64,000 nucleotides of DNA. Source: Minisyncoccota bacterium (GTDB taxonomy: Bacteria; Patescibacteriota; Minisyncoccia; Phycocordibacterales; JABAAK01). A program made the position numbers and the translations under genes. The stretch covers positions 466,026 through 530,025 of the forward strand of contig OY282360.1 of the NCBI GenBank assembly GCA_958295675.1, given 5' to 3'. The notes beneath the pieces are model-generated. The model was not told the DNA's origin and ran no database searches. It worked only from the letters and a program-made list of their open reading frames with translations. Shown piece by piece: positions 40,563-49,524 of this stretch. Numbering within the stretch: position 1 is the first letter of the stretch; each line of letters opens with the position of its first letter.

Positions 40563-40696
40563 ACTGAAGTAGTATACCACAGATTGTGAACAAAAGAATC
40601 AAGATCTACAGACATGACCACGACAACCGCGCGGAAAACATGACAGTCAACCCACATACATAAAAAAATACTTTGCCGTGTTATCATGCGGTGTGT

Positions 40697-41572
40697 ATGG
40701 ATGTTCGCACACAGTTTTTTTTAAGTATGGTGGGTCTCGGTATTATTGTCATATTCCTCAGTGTTCTGGTGTACCTTTCCGCAACGACTGACCCGCTGCC
40801 GAACAATGAAACTGAATCTCTATTCAGACCGGTTGCTATTGATAGTTCAAATACACTCGGCGTGAACACATTATTCCCCGGTCGTTCCGCCGACAATGAA
40901 AACACGCTCGAAGAAAGTGAGGAAGATATTATCGCGACGGTCACATTACAGGACACTAAAACCCCGGGAACAGAATTAAACGAGAACGAAGAAAAAAATT
41001 TGAAAGATAATGAGATAGAATACACAGTTCGGATGTCCGTTTCATGGAGTAAACTACTCTTCCCGGATTGGTATCCTGCAGGCGCACACCTGTCCCCCAT
41101 GGTCGTGTGGTCGCACCGACTTGAAGACGCGGTGTTCAAACCGGGTGAAATCGCCAGCGACGGCATGGAGAGAATGGCAGAAGTTGGTGCCACCGCTGAA
41201 CTAAAAAAAGAAATTGAATATCTCGGCAACGCCGGCTATCTGCTGCACTACGCGACCGGCAGGCGAATTGACGCGCCCGGAGAAGATTCCGTCAATGTTA
41301 TATTATCCGCAAACACACCGCTGGTAAGCGCGGTAAGTATGGTAGCACCGAGTCCGGACTGGTTTGTTGCCGCGCGCAATGTTCGTCTTTTTCAAAACGG
41401 ACAATGGATTGACCGGTTGTCCGTACCGGCTACACTCTATGATGCGGGAACTGACAGCGGCGACACATTCACCGCGCGCAACGACGACACCAACCCGCCG
41501 AATTCTATCACTGCCCTGCCGTCCGCACCGACAGTGCCGATAGTGACATTTGAATTCATTCGCGTGAATTGA
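40697..41572 (+). CDS. Membrane-anchored Spondin_N-domain protein
   Basis: N-terminal transmembrane segment; AHLSPMV..SH, ASDGMERMAEVG, VSMVAPSPDWFV, YDAGTDSG. Confidence 0.9.
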   Translation: MDVRTQFFLSMVGLGIIVIFLSVLVYLSATTDPLPNNETESLFRPVAIDSSNTLGVNTLFPGRSADNENTLEESEEDIIATVTLQDTKTPGTELNENEEKNLKDNEIEYTVRMSVSWSKLLFPDWYPAGAHLSPMVVWSHRLEDAVFKPGEIASDGMERMAEVGATAELKKEIEYLGNAGYLLHYATGRRIDAPGEDSVNVILSANTPLVSAVSMVAPSPDWFVAARNVRLFQNGQWIDRLSVPATLYDAGTDSGDTFTARNDDTNPPNSITALPSAPTVPIVTFEFIRVN

Positions 41573-41576
41573 AATA

Positions 41577-42935
41577 TCACGATCGCTCGCGCATCACTTT
41601 CTGTATCTCCTCCCGAATAATGCGTCGTTCATCCCACGGCAATGATTCTCCGCGCACTTCCATAGTCAACTCGGCTCCTTTGCCGGTAATAATGACCACA
41701 TCACCGCCGCGCGCCATTGCAATAGATTTATAAATCGCCTTTCTCCTGTCCGGTTCAACCTCCCACCTTGCTTTCTCATTTTTCTTGGCACCGGCAACCA
41801 CTGCGTCAATAATTATTTTTGGGTCATCAAAAAACGGATCCACATCGGTGATGATGGTTCTGTCAGCATAGGCGGTGGTCGTCTCCCCTATCTGCCGCGC
41901 ATTATACTTCCAACGGGACGCACCGACAGCACCGACAACCATAATCACCGCGCCGTTCTTTCCTGCATACCCACTCAGCGCGTTGTACACGCTCGCTATA
42001 CTGAGCGGTTCATGCGCATAATCACAAAAAACTTTAAAAGGCTGTCCTTCATCAATACACTCAAGCCGACCGGGAAGCACAATTGACGACAACGCCTGCT
42101 GTATCACCTCCGAGGAAGTATCACAATACCGTTTCGCAAGCAGTATTGCCGGTGTGACATTTCTGACGGTAATTGAACCGGGAAGTGATACGGTATACCT
42201 GTCTCCTTCAAGAAAAAAAACATTTTCATCCCTTCCGCTTTCCTCATCTATACATGCCCGCACCGAAGCATTCGGTCCGAATCCGAACAAAATCTGCTCG
42301 CTTCGGGATGAAGAAGCGCAATTACGAAAATATTCCATATACCGATCATCGGCATTCAGTAGCACAAAACGCGGTATCGGTTTGCCGTGTATTACTTTCT
42401 GATACATTTGCGCATGCCGTCTGAACAACCGTCCTTTAACCGCGCGGTATCGCTCAAAAGTTTTATGCGTCACGAGATGTTCCGCGGCAAGATTAGTGAA
42501 CACCAAAGAGTCATAATGCACACCGAGATCCCTGAATTGCCGTATTCCCTCTGACGGTGTCTCAATAACCGCATACACGCAACCGGCATCAAGCATATTA
42601 CGAAGCTGCCGCTGCACAAAACCGCGTCCCGGCATGGTCATGTGCATGGTATTCGGGTACACCTCATTGCCGATACGCGTTTCAACAGTGGAAAGAAGTC
42701 CTGTTTTGCATCCGGATGCGGAAAGCACTGCATGGAGAAACAAAGCTGTGGTGGTCTTTCCTTTGGTGCCGGTCACACCGATGACAATAATGTGTCGGGA
42801 TGGATGTCTGTACACAATAAACGCGACGACGGCAATGATAAAATGATATGTGAGCATTAAAAACTCCGGTATATACCGCACAACACCACCCTTAACTTTT
42901 CTGACAATTGACCACGGTGCGTCCATTTTCAGCAT
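41577..42935 (-). CDS. murE: Mur ligase, MurE-like
   Basis: GVTGTKGKTTT, TMPG, FTNL..EHL, LPGRLE, DYAH, DRRKAI, ITGKG. Confidence 0.85.
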   Translation of the reverse strand: MLKMDAPWSIVRKVKGGVVRYIPEFLMLTYHFIIAVVAFIVYRHPSRHIIVIGVTGTKGKTTTALFLHAVLSASGCKTGLLSTVETRIGNEVYPNTMHMTMPGRGFVQRQLRNMLDAGCVYAVIETPSEGIRQFRDLGVHYDSLVFTNLAAEHLVTHKTFERYRAVKGRLFRRHAQMYQKVIHGKPIPRFVLLNADDRYMEYFRNCASSSRSEQILFGFGPNASVRACIDEESGRDENVFFLEGDRYTVSLPGSITVRNVTPAILLAKRYCDTSSEVIQQALSSIVLPGRLECIDEGQPFKVFCDYAHEPLSIASVYNALSGYAGKNGAVIMVVGAVGASRWKYNARQIGETTTAYADRTIITDVDPFFDDPKIIIDAVVAGAKKNEKARWEVEPDRRKAIYKSIAMARGGDVVIITGKGAELTMEVRGESLPWDERRIIREEIQKVMRERS

Positions 42936-42956
42936 TACTAATCAGTATACCACCAC

Positions 42957-44039
42957 TTACCGGTTATACTCCTCACGAAGCTCAACCATGGTGGCTAAGT
43001 ACCATTTTCTCAGAAAACGGTATGCCCGAGTAACAGGATACCACCGTACAGCACGAAATATCCGATATCGAAGACCGGAAACGACAATATCCAGTAAATC
43101 TCCCCTATCAACAACATTCCCGCCAAATTTCCCCTTAAAAGCGGACTGCGCACGCAGGGTTCGCAGCACCGTATCATCTTGCATTGAAACAGCACCGAGG
43201 TTGTACCGCCACAATCCTTGTTTTTTTGAGTCCTTAATCGCCGTGTACAGTGCCAGGGTGGGCATCGTCTCATATCCGGGTGCATTTGCTGTAAGCATAC
43301 AATGGGCTTCATATCCGGCATAAGCGGTAATCACGGCAGAAACCGGCGTTTTACCGTCAGAAATATACCCAAGCGTCAATGTCACATATTCCGGGTTAGC
43401 GTTCATCTCATCAAAGAGAGATTCATAGTATGCAAACGGATGCATTTCACAGTTATCAGATGCCGATTCCGCGGAAAGTAATGCATACACATTTGAAAGG
43501 TGTGATTTAAAATCTGTTTTTTCTGAATAAAAGCGGATATTCTCCTTGTCCTGCTCATATTGCTTGACAATACTTCTCGTGTCAGCAGCAAAATTGCCGA
43601 TAATGGCATCCAAATCTTCATTAAGAGTGATAACTCGTTCAGTAGGCGGACGGCTTTCCGCGCTGAGAGTTCGTTCCGCGGGTTTGGTGCGTATACGCCG
43701 CGATGTCGGCTCTCCCTGTATACGAATATGCACGGTGTCCGTAACCGCATCAAGACACTGACGGCAAAGTTCTTCATAAAATTCCTCTTCAATTGAAACT
43801 GAACCAAAAGAACCGAGCGGTCCGTGAAATGCGACCCACACCGTACCGAGCAACGGCACAGTGTGTCCGACACACTGAACATACGCCCGAATTTTATTCT
43901 CCTCATCATCCATAGCAAGAGCAACAATCGGACGACCGATCCGTTCCTGCCATCGACGATAAAAAAGACCCTGATACAATGAAATATCCTTAAAATGCTT
44001 CTCCGGGTCAAACGAATTGGGCGGTGTGTACAGATACAT
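42957..44039 (-). CDS. FemABX/FemX-like peptidoglycan peptidyltransferase
   Basis: HGPL, HPFAYYESLF, YNLGAV, FKGKFGG; located next to the Mur ligase gene. Confidence 0.8.
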   Translation of the reverse strand: MYLYTPPNSFDPEKHFKDISLYQGLFYRRWQERIGRPIVALAMDDEENKIRAYVQCVGHTVPLLGTVWVAFHGPLGSFGSVSIEEEFYEELCRQCLDAVTDTVHIRIQGEPTSRRIRTKPAERTLSAESRPPTERVITLNEDLDAIIGNFAADTRSIVKQYEQDKENIRFYSEKTDFKSHLSNVYALLSAESASDNCEMHPFAYYESLFDEMNANPEYVTLTLGYISDGKTPVSAVITAYAGYEAHCMLTANAPGYETMPTLALYTAIKDSKKQGLWRYNLGAVSMQDDTVLRTLRAQSAFKGKFGGNVVDRGDLLDIVVSGLRYRIFRAVRWYPVTRAYRFLRKWYLATMVELREEYNR

Positions 44040-44079
44040 AGTAAATAGTGTACCTCATTAAGAAAGGAATAATCTATAA

Positions 44080-45330
44080 TTACTGAAACATGCCGCGTGA
44101 GCGTTTTTGCCGATGCCGAGTAATCGCGAAACGGTGCGCCTCGGCATTGGCACGAATAATAGCATGTTCATAGTCACGAGCGAACATGGGCGCGCCGAGC
44201 ACCGCGCGGGGTGTATGCTTCTCGGTCTTCACCACAGAAACAATAGGGATGGCGATACCGCTTTCCGTCAGTATATTTTGCGCGGCATCAAGATGCGCTT
44301 TTCCGCCGTCCATGACAATAAGACGGGGTAACGGCCATTCGGAATGCCGCAGACGGCGTTCCAGTATCTCTCGCAGCGCGCCGATATCGTCACCGGAAAC
44401 AGCTTCACGGATAGTGAATGTCCGATAGTCGGCTGGGGACATTTCTCCGTCAACAAGCACAACCATAACACCGACTGTATCTTTTCCCGCAAGATGCGCG
44501 ATATCATACGCTTCAATACGAAACGAACGGACACCGGGAACGGAACCTGTGTCTATACTTTCTTTTTTAATAAGCGCGACATCCTGTATATGCGTCAACG
44601 CGAAGATGCGCCGACGCACCTCTTCCGCTTTCTCAAATTCCCGTTCCTTGGCGTATTGCTTCATCTCACGCTCCAGCATAGCAATCAGTTGTTTCTTTTT
44701 CCCGCTGAAAAACAGGACTATTTCCCGTATCCGTTTCGCGTATGCTTTTTTATCTATAAGACCGGCGCACATACCGGGACACAGACCTAATTGCGCGCGG
44801 AAACACATGCGGGAACTTTTTCCGCTTGCGCGATCATGCGGCACGCATGAATCGCGAAACGGTAGAATCTTCCGTAGCACCCGAAGTGCCTCTTTGAGCA
44901 TGCCGCCGCGCGGGAACGGACCGAATATATGGCTGAATTCCATGCTCGTAATTCCCTGCTCTACATTCCTTCCGCGAACAACAAGTACACGGGGAAAATC
45001 CTCTTTCGTGATACCGACAAACTGAAAACTCTTATCATCCTTATCAACAACATTGTATGCCGGCTTGTACTTTTTTATAAAATTCGCTTCAAGAATATAC
45101 GCCTCTAAAACGCTGTCAGTCGGTATGATTTCCACTCGTTTTGCCTGTTCAACCGCATCAACAATGCGCGCACCCCTGTCGGAAGCGAGACGACCGGAAA
45201 AATAACTTCGTACACGACTGCGTAAATCAGTTGCCCGACCCGCATACAACACAACATCTCCGACACCGCGAAACAGGTATACACCCGGCAGTTCTGGTAC
45301 TATCTTAAAATCAAGATCATGTTGCTTCAT
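44080..45330 (-). CDS. uvrC: Excinuclease ABC subunit C (short, no C-terminal HhH)
   Basis: GIY-YIG-like PGVYLF..LYAGRATDLRSRVRSYF, UVR coil, RIEAYDIAH, VMDGGK, EAHRFA. Confidence 0.93.
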   Translation of the reverse strand: MKQHDLDFKIVPELPGVYLFRGVGDVVLYAGRATDLRSRVRSYFSGRLASDRGARIVDAVEQAKRVEIIPTDSVLEAYILEANFIKKYKPAYNVVDKDDKSFQFVGITKEDFPRVLVVRGRNVEQGITSMEFSHIFGPFPRGGMLKEALRVLRKILPFRDSCVPHDRASGKSSRMCFRAQLGLCPGMCAGLIDKKAYAKRIREIVLFFSGKKKQLIAMLEREMKQYAKEREFEKAEEVRRRIFALTHIQDVALIKKESIDTGSVPGVRSFRIEAYDIAHLAGKDTVGVMVVLVDGEMSPADYRTFTIREAVSGDDIGALREILERRLRHSEWPLPRLIVMDGGKAHLDAAQNILTESGIAIPIVSVVKTEKHTPRAVLGAPMFARDYEHAIIRANAEAHRFAITRHRQKRSRGMFQ

Positions 45331-45350
45331 GAATACAGTATATAAAAAAG

Positions 45351-45380
45351 AAAAGGCGGGACAAGAAGTCACCGCCTTTT
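45351..45380 (-). terminator. Intrinsic terminator downstream of the 45410-46171 gene
   Basis: AAAAGGCGG...CCGCCTTTT hairpin plus T-run. Confidence 0.7.
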
Positions 45381-45409
45381 AACCGAGCGTTGCAGCACGA
45401 AGAAGCGTG

Positions 45410-46171
45410 TTATTTCAGCAGCATTTCCTTGAGGTACCAGAATCTGTCTGGTTTTTTTGAAATTATTCTTCTTATTTTTTCCTCCACTTCCGCCTCAAAC
45501 GGAAAATGGTTACGCATGTCACGCAAGAAATTCGTAATCAAACGAATTGCTTGTCTGTCAGAAAAAGTGATGATGATTTGAACAGCGCGCAGGACAATGT
45601 CCTGACGACAACTGACCATATTACACTTTTCGCTCTGATCAATCGTCCGCTGCCAAAATTCGATGTGAAAAAGCGCAGTCATGACCTCATTGCACCTGCT
45701 AATCCGCACATTCCCTTCACCGCATTTCACTGTGCTAACCTCTCCCGTTTCAAAGAGAATGATGGACTGATGTCCCGGAAGCATGTGCAACAGATTCGCA
45801 TCCGAATCACGCAGCAGGGTATAAGACAAAGGAACCTTTTCCCAAGCCGTAAGCCGTTTCAAATCGTGAAAAATCGCTTTCCACGAAACGCTTGATTGAT
45901 GTTCTCCTTCCGACGGAAGAAAACTCACCTTGAGATAAACGCCTGCCTGACCCGTCAGATTACAACGATCAATCACCGTACCGTCACCAAACAACCAGGA
46001 AGGTTTGATCGTTTGCGAATCTAAAACCCGAAAACAATTCTGCCGATTCGGGTTATACGGCAGAATGTTCACTACATTTGCAAGGCGTACAACTGGACTC
46101 ACGCCGAAACTAGAAAAAGCAGCGGGGGTTTTTTCAACCACACGGAATTTCTTCATTTGTGTTTCCTCCAC
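45410..46171 (-). CDS. Hypothetical protein (distant paralogue of 46383-47381)
   Basis: 253-aa ORF followed by a terminator; start codon uncertain. Confidence 0.7.
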   Translation of the reverse strand: MEETQMKKFRVVEKTPAAFSSFGVSPVVRLANVVNILPYNPNRQNCFRVLDSQTIKPSWLFGDGTVIDRCNLTGQAGVYLKVSFLPSEGEHQSSVSWKAIFHDLKRLTAWEKVPLSYTLLRDSDANLLHMLPGHQSIILFETGEVSTVKCGEGNVRISRCNEVMTALFHIEFWQRTIDQSEKCNMVSCRQDIVLRAVQIIITFSDRQAIRLITNFLRDMRNHFPFEAEVEEKIRRIISKKPDRFWYLKEMLLK

Positions 46172-46333
46172 AAGTGGAAATTTACGGGTACTCTAATTGC
46201 ACCCTAAAATAGTATACCAGTGCAGAATAAATATAACAACAGGAAATATAAAATAATAATTAGCGTAAAAAGCAAGAAAATACAATAAGTACCGAACAGT
46301 ATTATACACCGCTACCACAAAATACAAAAAAGA

Positions 46334-46363
46334 ATCGCGGTGATTCCGAAGAATCACCGCGAT
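46334..46363 (-). terminator. Intrinsic terminator downstream of the 46383-47381 gene
   Basis: 13-bp stem ATCGCGGTGATTC/GAATCACCGCGAT with a UUCG loop on the minus strand, then TCTTTTTT. Confidence 0.85.
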
Positions 46364-46382
46364 GTAAGAAGAAAGGGAGTAA

Positions 46383-47381
46383 CTACTTGTTCCCACCAAT
46401 CCCCTTCTTAAGCGAGGATGCCATGTCCTCGCTCATGATGGAAGGAGCCGCCGGCGCCCTCTTACTCTGCTGCTTCCAGGAAAAACGGTAGAGTTTGTCC
46501 ATCGCCCGATTGAACAGACGATTTTGGCGATCGTTCAAGTCACAGGAATTCAAGAACTTTTTCAAACCCTCTACCTGCTTATCGACTTGCTTTGCAAAGT
46601 CCTCCTCGAGAGAGGTGGACTCATCGCCTTCAAAAGCCAACATGTTCAGAAGGTTTATCGCCTCCCAGGCAACAGAGGAACGATACTTGTTGATATTCCT
46701 TTTGTTAAGAAAACGCAATCTCTTCGAAACAATATCGAAGAATCTCTTGCTCCGGAAGAAGAAGGCGGTCTCGACGTTGAGAACGGAACGATTGGCATCG
46801 CCACTCTCTCTGTTAAGCAAATCAAGACCTTTCTCCGTATAGGAGATGATCTGGACCTCCCCTGTCGGCAGAAGAAGCGCGACAAAGGTGTTCGGACGAA
46901 ACTGCACCAACACCTCACCACTTCCCTGAGCGGGAACGAAAGCCGGTTTCCGGTCATCCAAATGAATGGTGCACGAACCCGTCCAAAAGGTATAACCGGC
47001 TTCCGAACGGAGATCAAACTTCACAAGCACCCGTTCATCATCACGGCCATCCGGTTTCGCAAGAAAATAGGAAGGTTTTTCACCCGCCTCGTTATTGCTT
47101 TCCACCAACGCGCGACGGCAGCGGACGAAGCCCGCCTTCTCATCCGTGTAGAGAGGACCCTTAAGCGGTCGAGGGATTGACCGCCCTCCCGCACGAAGCC
47201 ACAGTTGACCATCTTCTGGGGCATCCCACTCTAGCGAGACGCCCTCACTGATGACGAAGTCGCTGGTGTCGGAATTCCATGCTGCGGTGTATGCCGTTGC
47301 CGGCAGCTTGGCCTCCCTTTTCAGCAGTGTGCTGGCGGGGTTGACCGTGACAAGGTCGTCAACGGAAATCTTTATGGCCAT
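46383..47381 (-). CDS. Hypothetical protein
   Basis: 332 aa; AAGGAGG SD; TTGACT-17 nt-TATAAT promoter about 120 nt upstream. Confidence 0.8.
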   Translation of the reverse strand: MAIKISVDDLVTVNPASTLLKREAKLPATAYTAAWNSDTSDFVISEGVSLEWDAPEDGQLWLRAGGRSIPRPLKGPLYTDEKAGFVRCRRALVESNNEAGEKPSYFLAKPDGRDDERVLVKFDLRSEAGYTFWTGSCTIHLDDRKPAFVPAQGSGEVLVQFRPNTFVALLLPTGEVQIISYTEKGLDLLNRESGDANRSVLNVETAFFFRSKRFFDIVSKRLRFLNKRNINKYRSSVAWEAINLLNMLAFEGDESTSLEEDFAKQVDKQVEGLKKFLNSCDLNDRQNRLFNRAMDKLYRFSWKQQSKRAPAAPSIMSEDMASSLKKGIGGNK

Positions 47382-47533
47382 GAGCCATCCTCCTTTTACT
47401 GAAAAAGAAACAAATGCTTACCTCCACACTCTCGAGCGAAGATCAGCATCTTTTGAAAAAGAAAATGGAGAGATAGTAACTTCAATCTCACCATTATGTC
47501 CGTTATGTATTATACAGTAAAATAAATAAATAG

Positions 47534-47755
47534 TCAAATAAAAAACACCGGAGGTGAAACATCCCAACAATCAGCACGATTGGCACGATGCTTCACTTTC
47601 CGGCAATATTTGCTCCGATCCCGTTCGGTACGGGAACGGAACTGAGGATTCGTCACCAAATCTTTGGCAACCCAATTCCCTGCTTTGTGCGACTCAAGCT
47701 GCTTAAGCCGCCGACGCTGCCGTTTTGACAGCCCTTTTTTAGCAACCGTGCTCAT
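47534..47755 (-). CDS. ArfA-like alternative ribosome rescue peptide
   Basis: 73 aa, very basic; NWVAKDLVTNPQFRSRTERDRSKYCRKVKH aligns by eye with the ArfA core NAIEALLHDPLFRQRVE...SYMRKGKH; hydrophobic tail; GGAGGAG SD. Confidence 0.6.
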   Translation of the reverse strand: MSTVAKKGLSKRQRRRLKQLESHKAGNWVAKDLVTNPQFRSRTERDRSKYCRKVKHRANRADCWDVSPPVFFI

Positions 47756-47788
47756 GCTCTCCTCCGTTTCAGGTTTGCTACACTATAT

Positions 47789-47817
47789 ATAATAGCAAAA
47801 TATAGAATATTTGTCAA
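47789..47817 (-). promoter_or_regulatory. Sigma70 promoter of the ArfA-like gene
   Basis: TTGACA-17 nt-TATTAT with an extended TG. Confidence 0.75.
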
Positions 47818-47860
47818 AATTTCAATAAAACACTTACAAAGAGGAGTATCTCCTATATAC

Positions 47861-47889
47861 TTGACAATTCAATAAAAATTGTGTATTAT
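47861..47889 (+). promoter_or_regulatory. Sigma70 promoter of the small RNA candidate
   Basis: TTGACA-17 nt-TATTAT, divergent from the ArfA-like promoter. Confidence 0.75.
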
Positions 47890-47895
47890 ATATAT

Positions 47896-48035
47896 GGGTG
47901 ACGGGCGGATGCGACTCTATACGATATTGGCTACAGTCCACCCTACCCCTTCGGGACTGCGCCCTCTCCGTCATCACCTTTATACTTATCAGGCACCCCC
48001 TGCGGTTCTCCGCAGGCGGTGCCTACCACTTTTTT
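47896..48035 (+). ncRNA. Candidate ~140-nt small RNA
   Basis: GC-rich stretch between a promoter and the terminator AGGCACC-CCTGCGG/CCGCAGG-GGTGCCT plus T-run; 5' GGTGACGG pairs with CCGTCATCACC; inner helix CAGTCC/GGACTG. Confidence 0.5.
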
Positions 48036-48136
48036 AATACATACACTAAGGTTCTTAGTGCGTACTGATACTAACTATAATACACCCCACCTTTTTTAAC
48101 TTGTATAATTACTATTTTATTGGTATAGTATTTATT

Positions 48137-48547
48137 GGAGATGGGAAGTGTCCCATCAAGACCCCATCAGGTAGGGAAGGGATTGGTACTCTCTTCGTGA
48201 AGGTGCGTGGTACTTAGAGAAAGCGTTTAGTGTGGAAAGGGTGGATCGGCGGTGTAATTCCCCGAAAATTCCGAAATGTCCCTCATTCTTTAACAAGGAT
48301 TGAGGTTTGGGTAACTGTGATGGACGAGCATAAACCACTTACCAATGGTTTGTGCAAACTCTCGTCTATTGCAGCGCCGGACCTGCTGGCAGTGGGTGCT
48401 GTCCAAGCCTGCGTGAGCCTTCCGACGTATATATGCCAAGGTTTCTGCACGCTGGGAACGGCTGCCATTGCTACGGCCGCGCGCCACAAAACATTTCCAA
48501 ACACTGAAAAAGGTCGGTAACATCCCGAGTGCCTGCTTCCTGTCTCC
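48137..48547 (+). ncRNA. Large structured RNA candidate, copy 1 (~410 nt)
   Basis: Promoter TTGTAT-17 nt-TATAGT (48101-48129); closing stem GGAGATGGGAAG/CTTCCTGTCTCC; motifs and covarying stems shared with copy 2. Confidence 0.7.
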
Positions 48548-48589
48548 ACCCCACACACATGTACATGTGTGTGGGGTGCATTCTTTTTT
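48547..48589 (+). terminator. Terminator of RNA copy 1
   Basis: 32-bp perfect palindrome CACCCCACACACATGTACATGTGTGTGGGGTG followed by CATTCTTTTTT. Confidence 0.8.
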
Positions 48590-48661
48590 ACTCTGTGTCA
48601 GGTACCAGTAGAACACCTGCGCACCATTTTCTCATATCCTTCTCATCTGTACCTAACCTGC

Positions 48662-49418
48662 GTGGGGTGATTTTTTGCTGGCTATCAATGCTCTATATAG
48701 GCGGTGCTTTTTCCCACTTTGTATGCATGTGACAAGTGCTTTGTTAGGTTTTGATATCATAAATATAGCAAGGGATACACCTCTATGGTATAAAACTTGC
48801 GAAAAATTGATCGTTTGCTATAATACCATGCAGAAGATGGGAAGTGTTGGTGTGTCACAAAAAACACAACGGATTCTCATCAAGCGGGGAAGAAAGTCAT
48901 TTTCTGCTTGTGAGAATATTCAGATACTCCCGATGCAGCGTTTCAGTGCGGATACGAGTGGACCGGTGGTGCAATTCCCCGGAAAGCTTGAAGTGTCCTC
49001 GTCCTTTTGCAAGGATTGAGGTTGGCTACCGCATAGACAAGCAACTCACACTGTACCGCAGTGGTTTAAAAAAAGTGCTTGTCTTTGTACGGTTCACGAA
49101 CCCCCTGGTTCTGGAAGCTAGAGCTCATCAGCGAGTAGTAAGTGGATTCTTCCGACGCATACACGCCAAGGATTCCGCTCGCCGAGTTGGCTAACCATTA
49201 CCAACGGTCGTGTACATAAAATCACTTCCGAAACACTGGCAAAAGGTCGGTACCATCGGATATCGAACCTTCCCATCTTCTTCTTACCCCACCTATGTGT
49301 GGGGTGATTTTTTTGCTGGCTATCAATGCTCTATATAGGCGGTGCTTTTTCCCACTTTGTATGCATTTGACAAGTACTTTGTTAGATGTTGCTATCATAA
49401 GTATGTCAAAGGATACAT
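48662..49418 (+). repeat. ~120-bp direct repeat (about 48662-48780 and 49299-49418)
   Basis: GTGGGGTGATTTTTTGCTGGCTATCAATGCTCTATATAGGCGGTGCTTTTTCCCACTTTGTATGCAT... occurs twice, each time followed by a TTGCGA promoter box. Confidence 0.9.
48833..49280 (+). ncRNA. Large structured RNA candidate, copy 2 (~450 nt)
   Basis: Promoter TTGCGA-16 nt-TATAAT with an extended TG (48797-48824); perfect closing stem GAAGATGGGAAG/CTTCCCATCTTC; terminator ACCCCAC/GTGGGGT plus T-run at 49285-49314. Confidence 0.72.
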
Positions 49419-49524
49419 CCCTTTCCTATATATACTTGCGAAAAGGTATGAAATATTGTAGTATAGATATTAAAGGTAGCAGTAAGGTGCCTTTGTTCTG
49501 TTCATTGCAAAAAGGAAGCGATTG

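Noticed and set aside
48137-49280. tmRNA, RNase P RNA, FMN/cobalamin riboswitch or retron identity for the large RNAs
   Set aside because: There is no tRNA-like T-arm with a CCA end, and no RNase P conserved regions. Only an isolated GGTGYAATTCC T-loop matches riboswitches, and no regulated gene follows. No reverse transcriptase is in the window.
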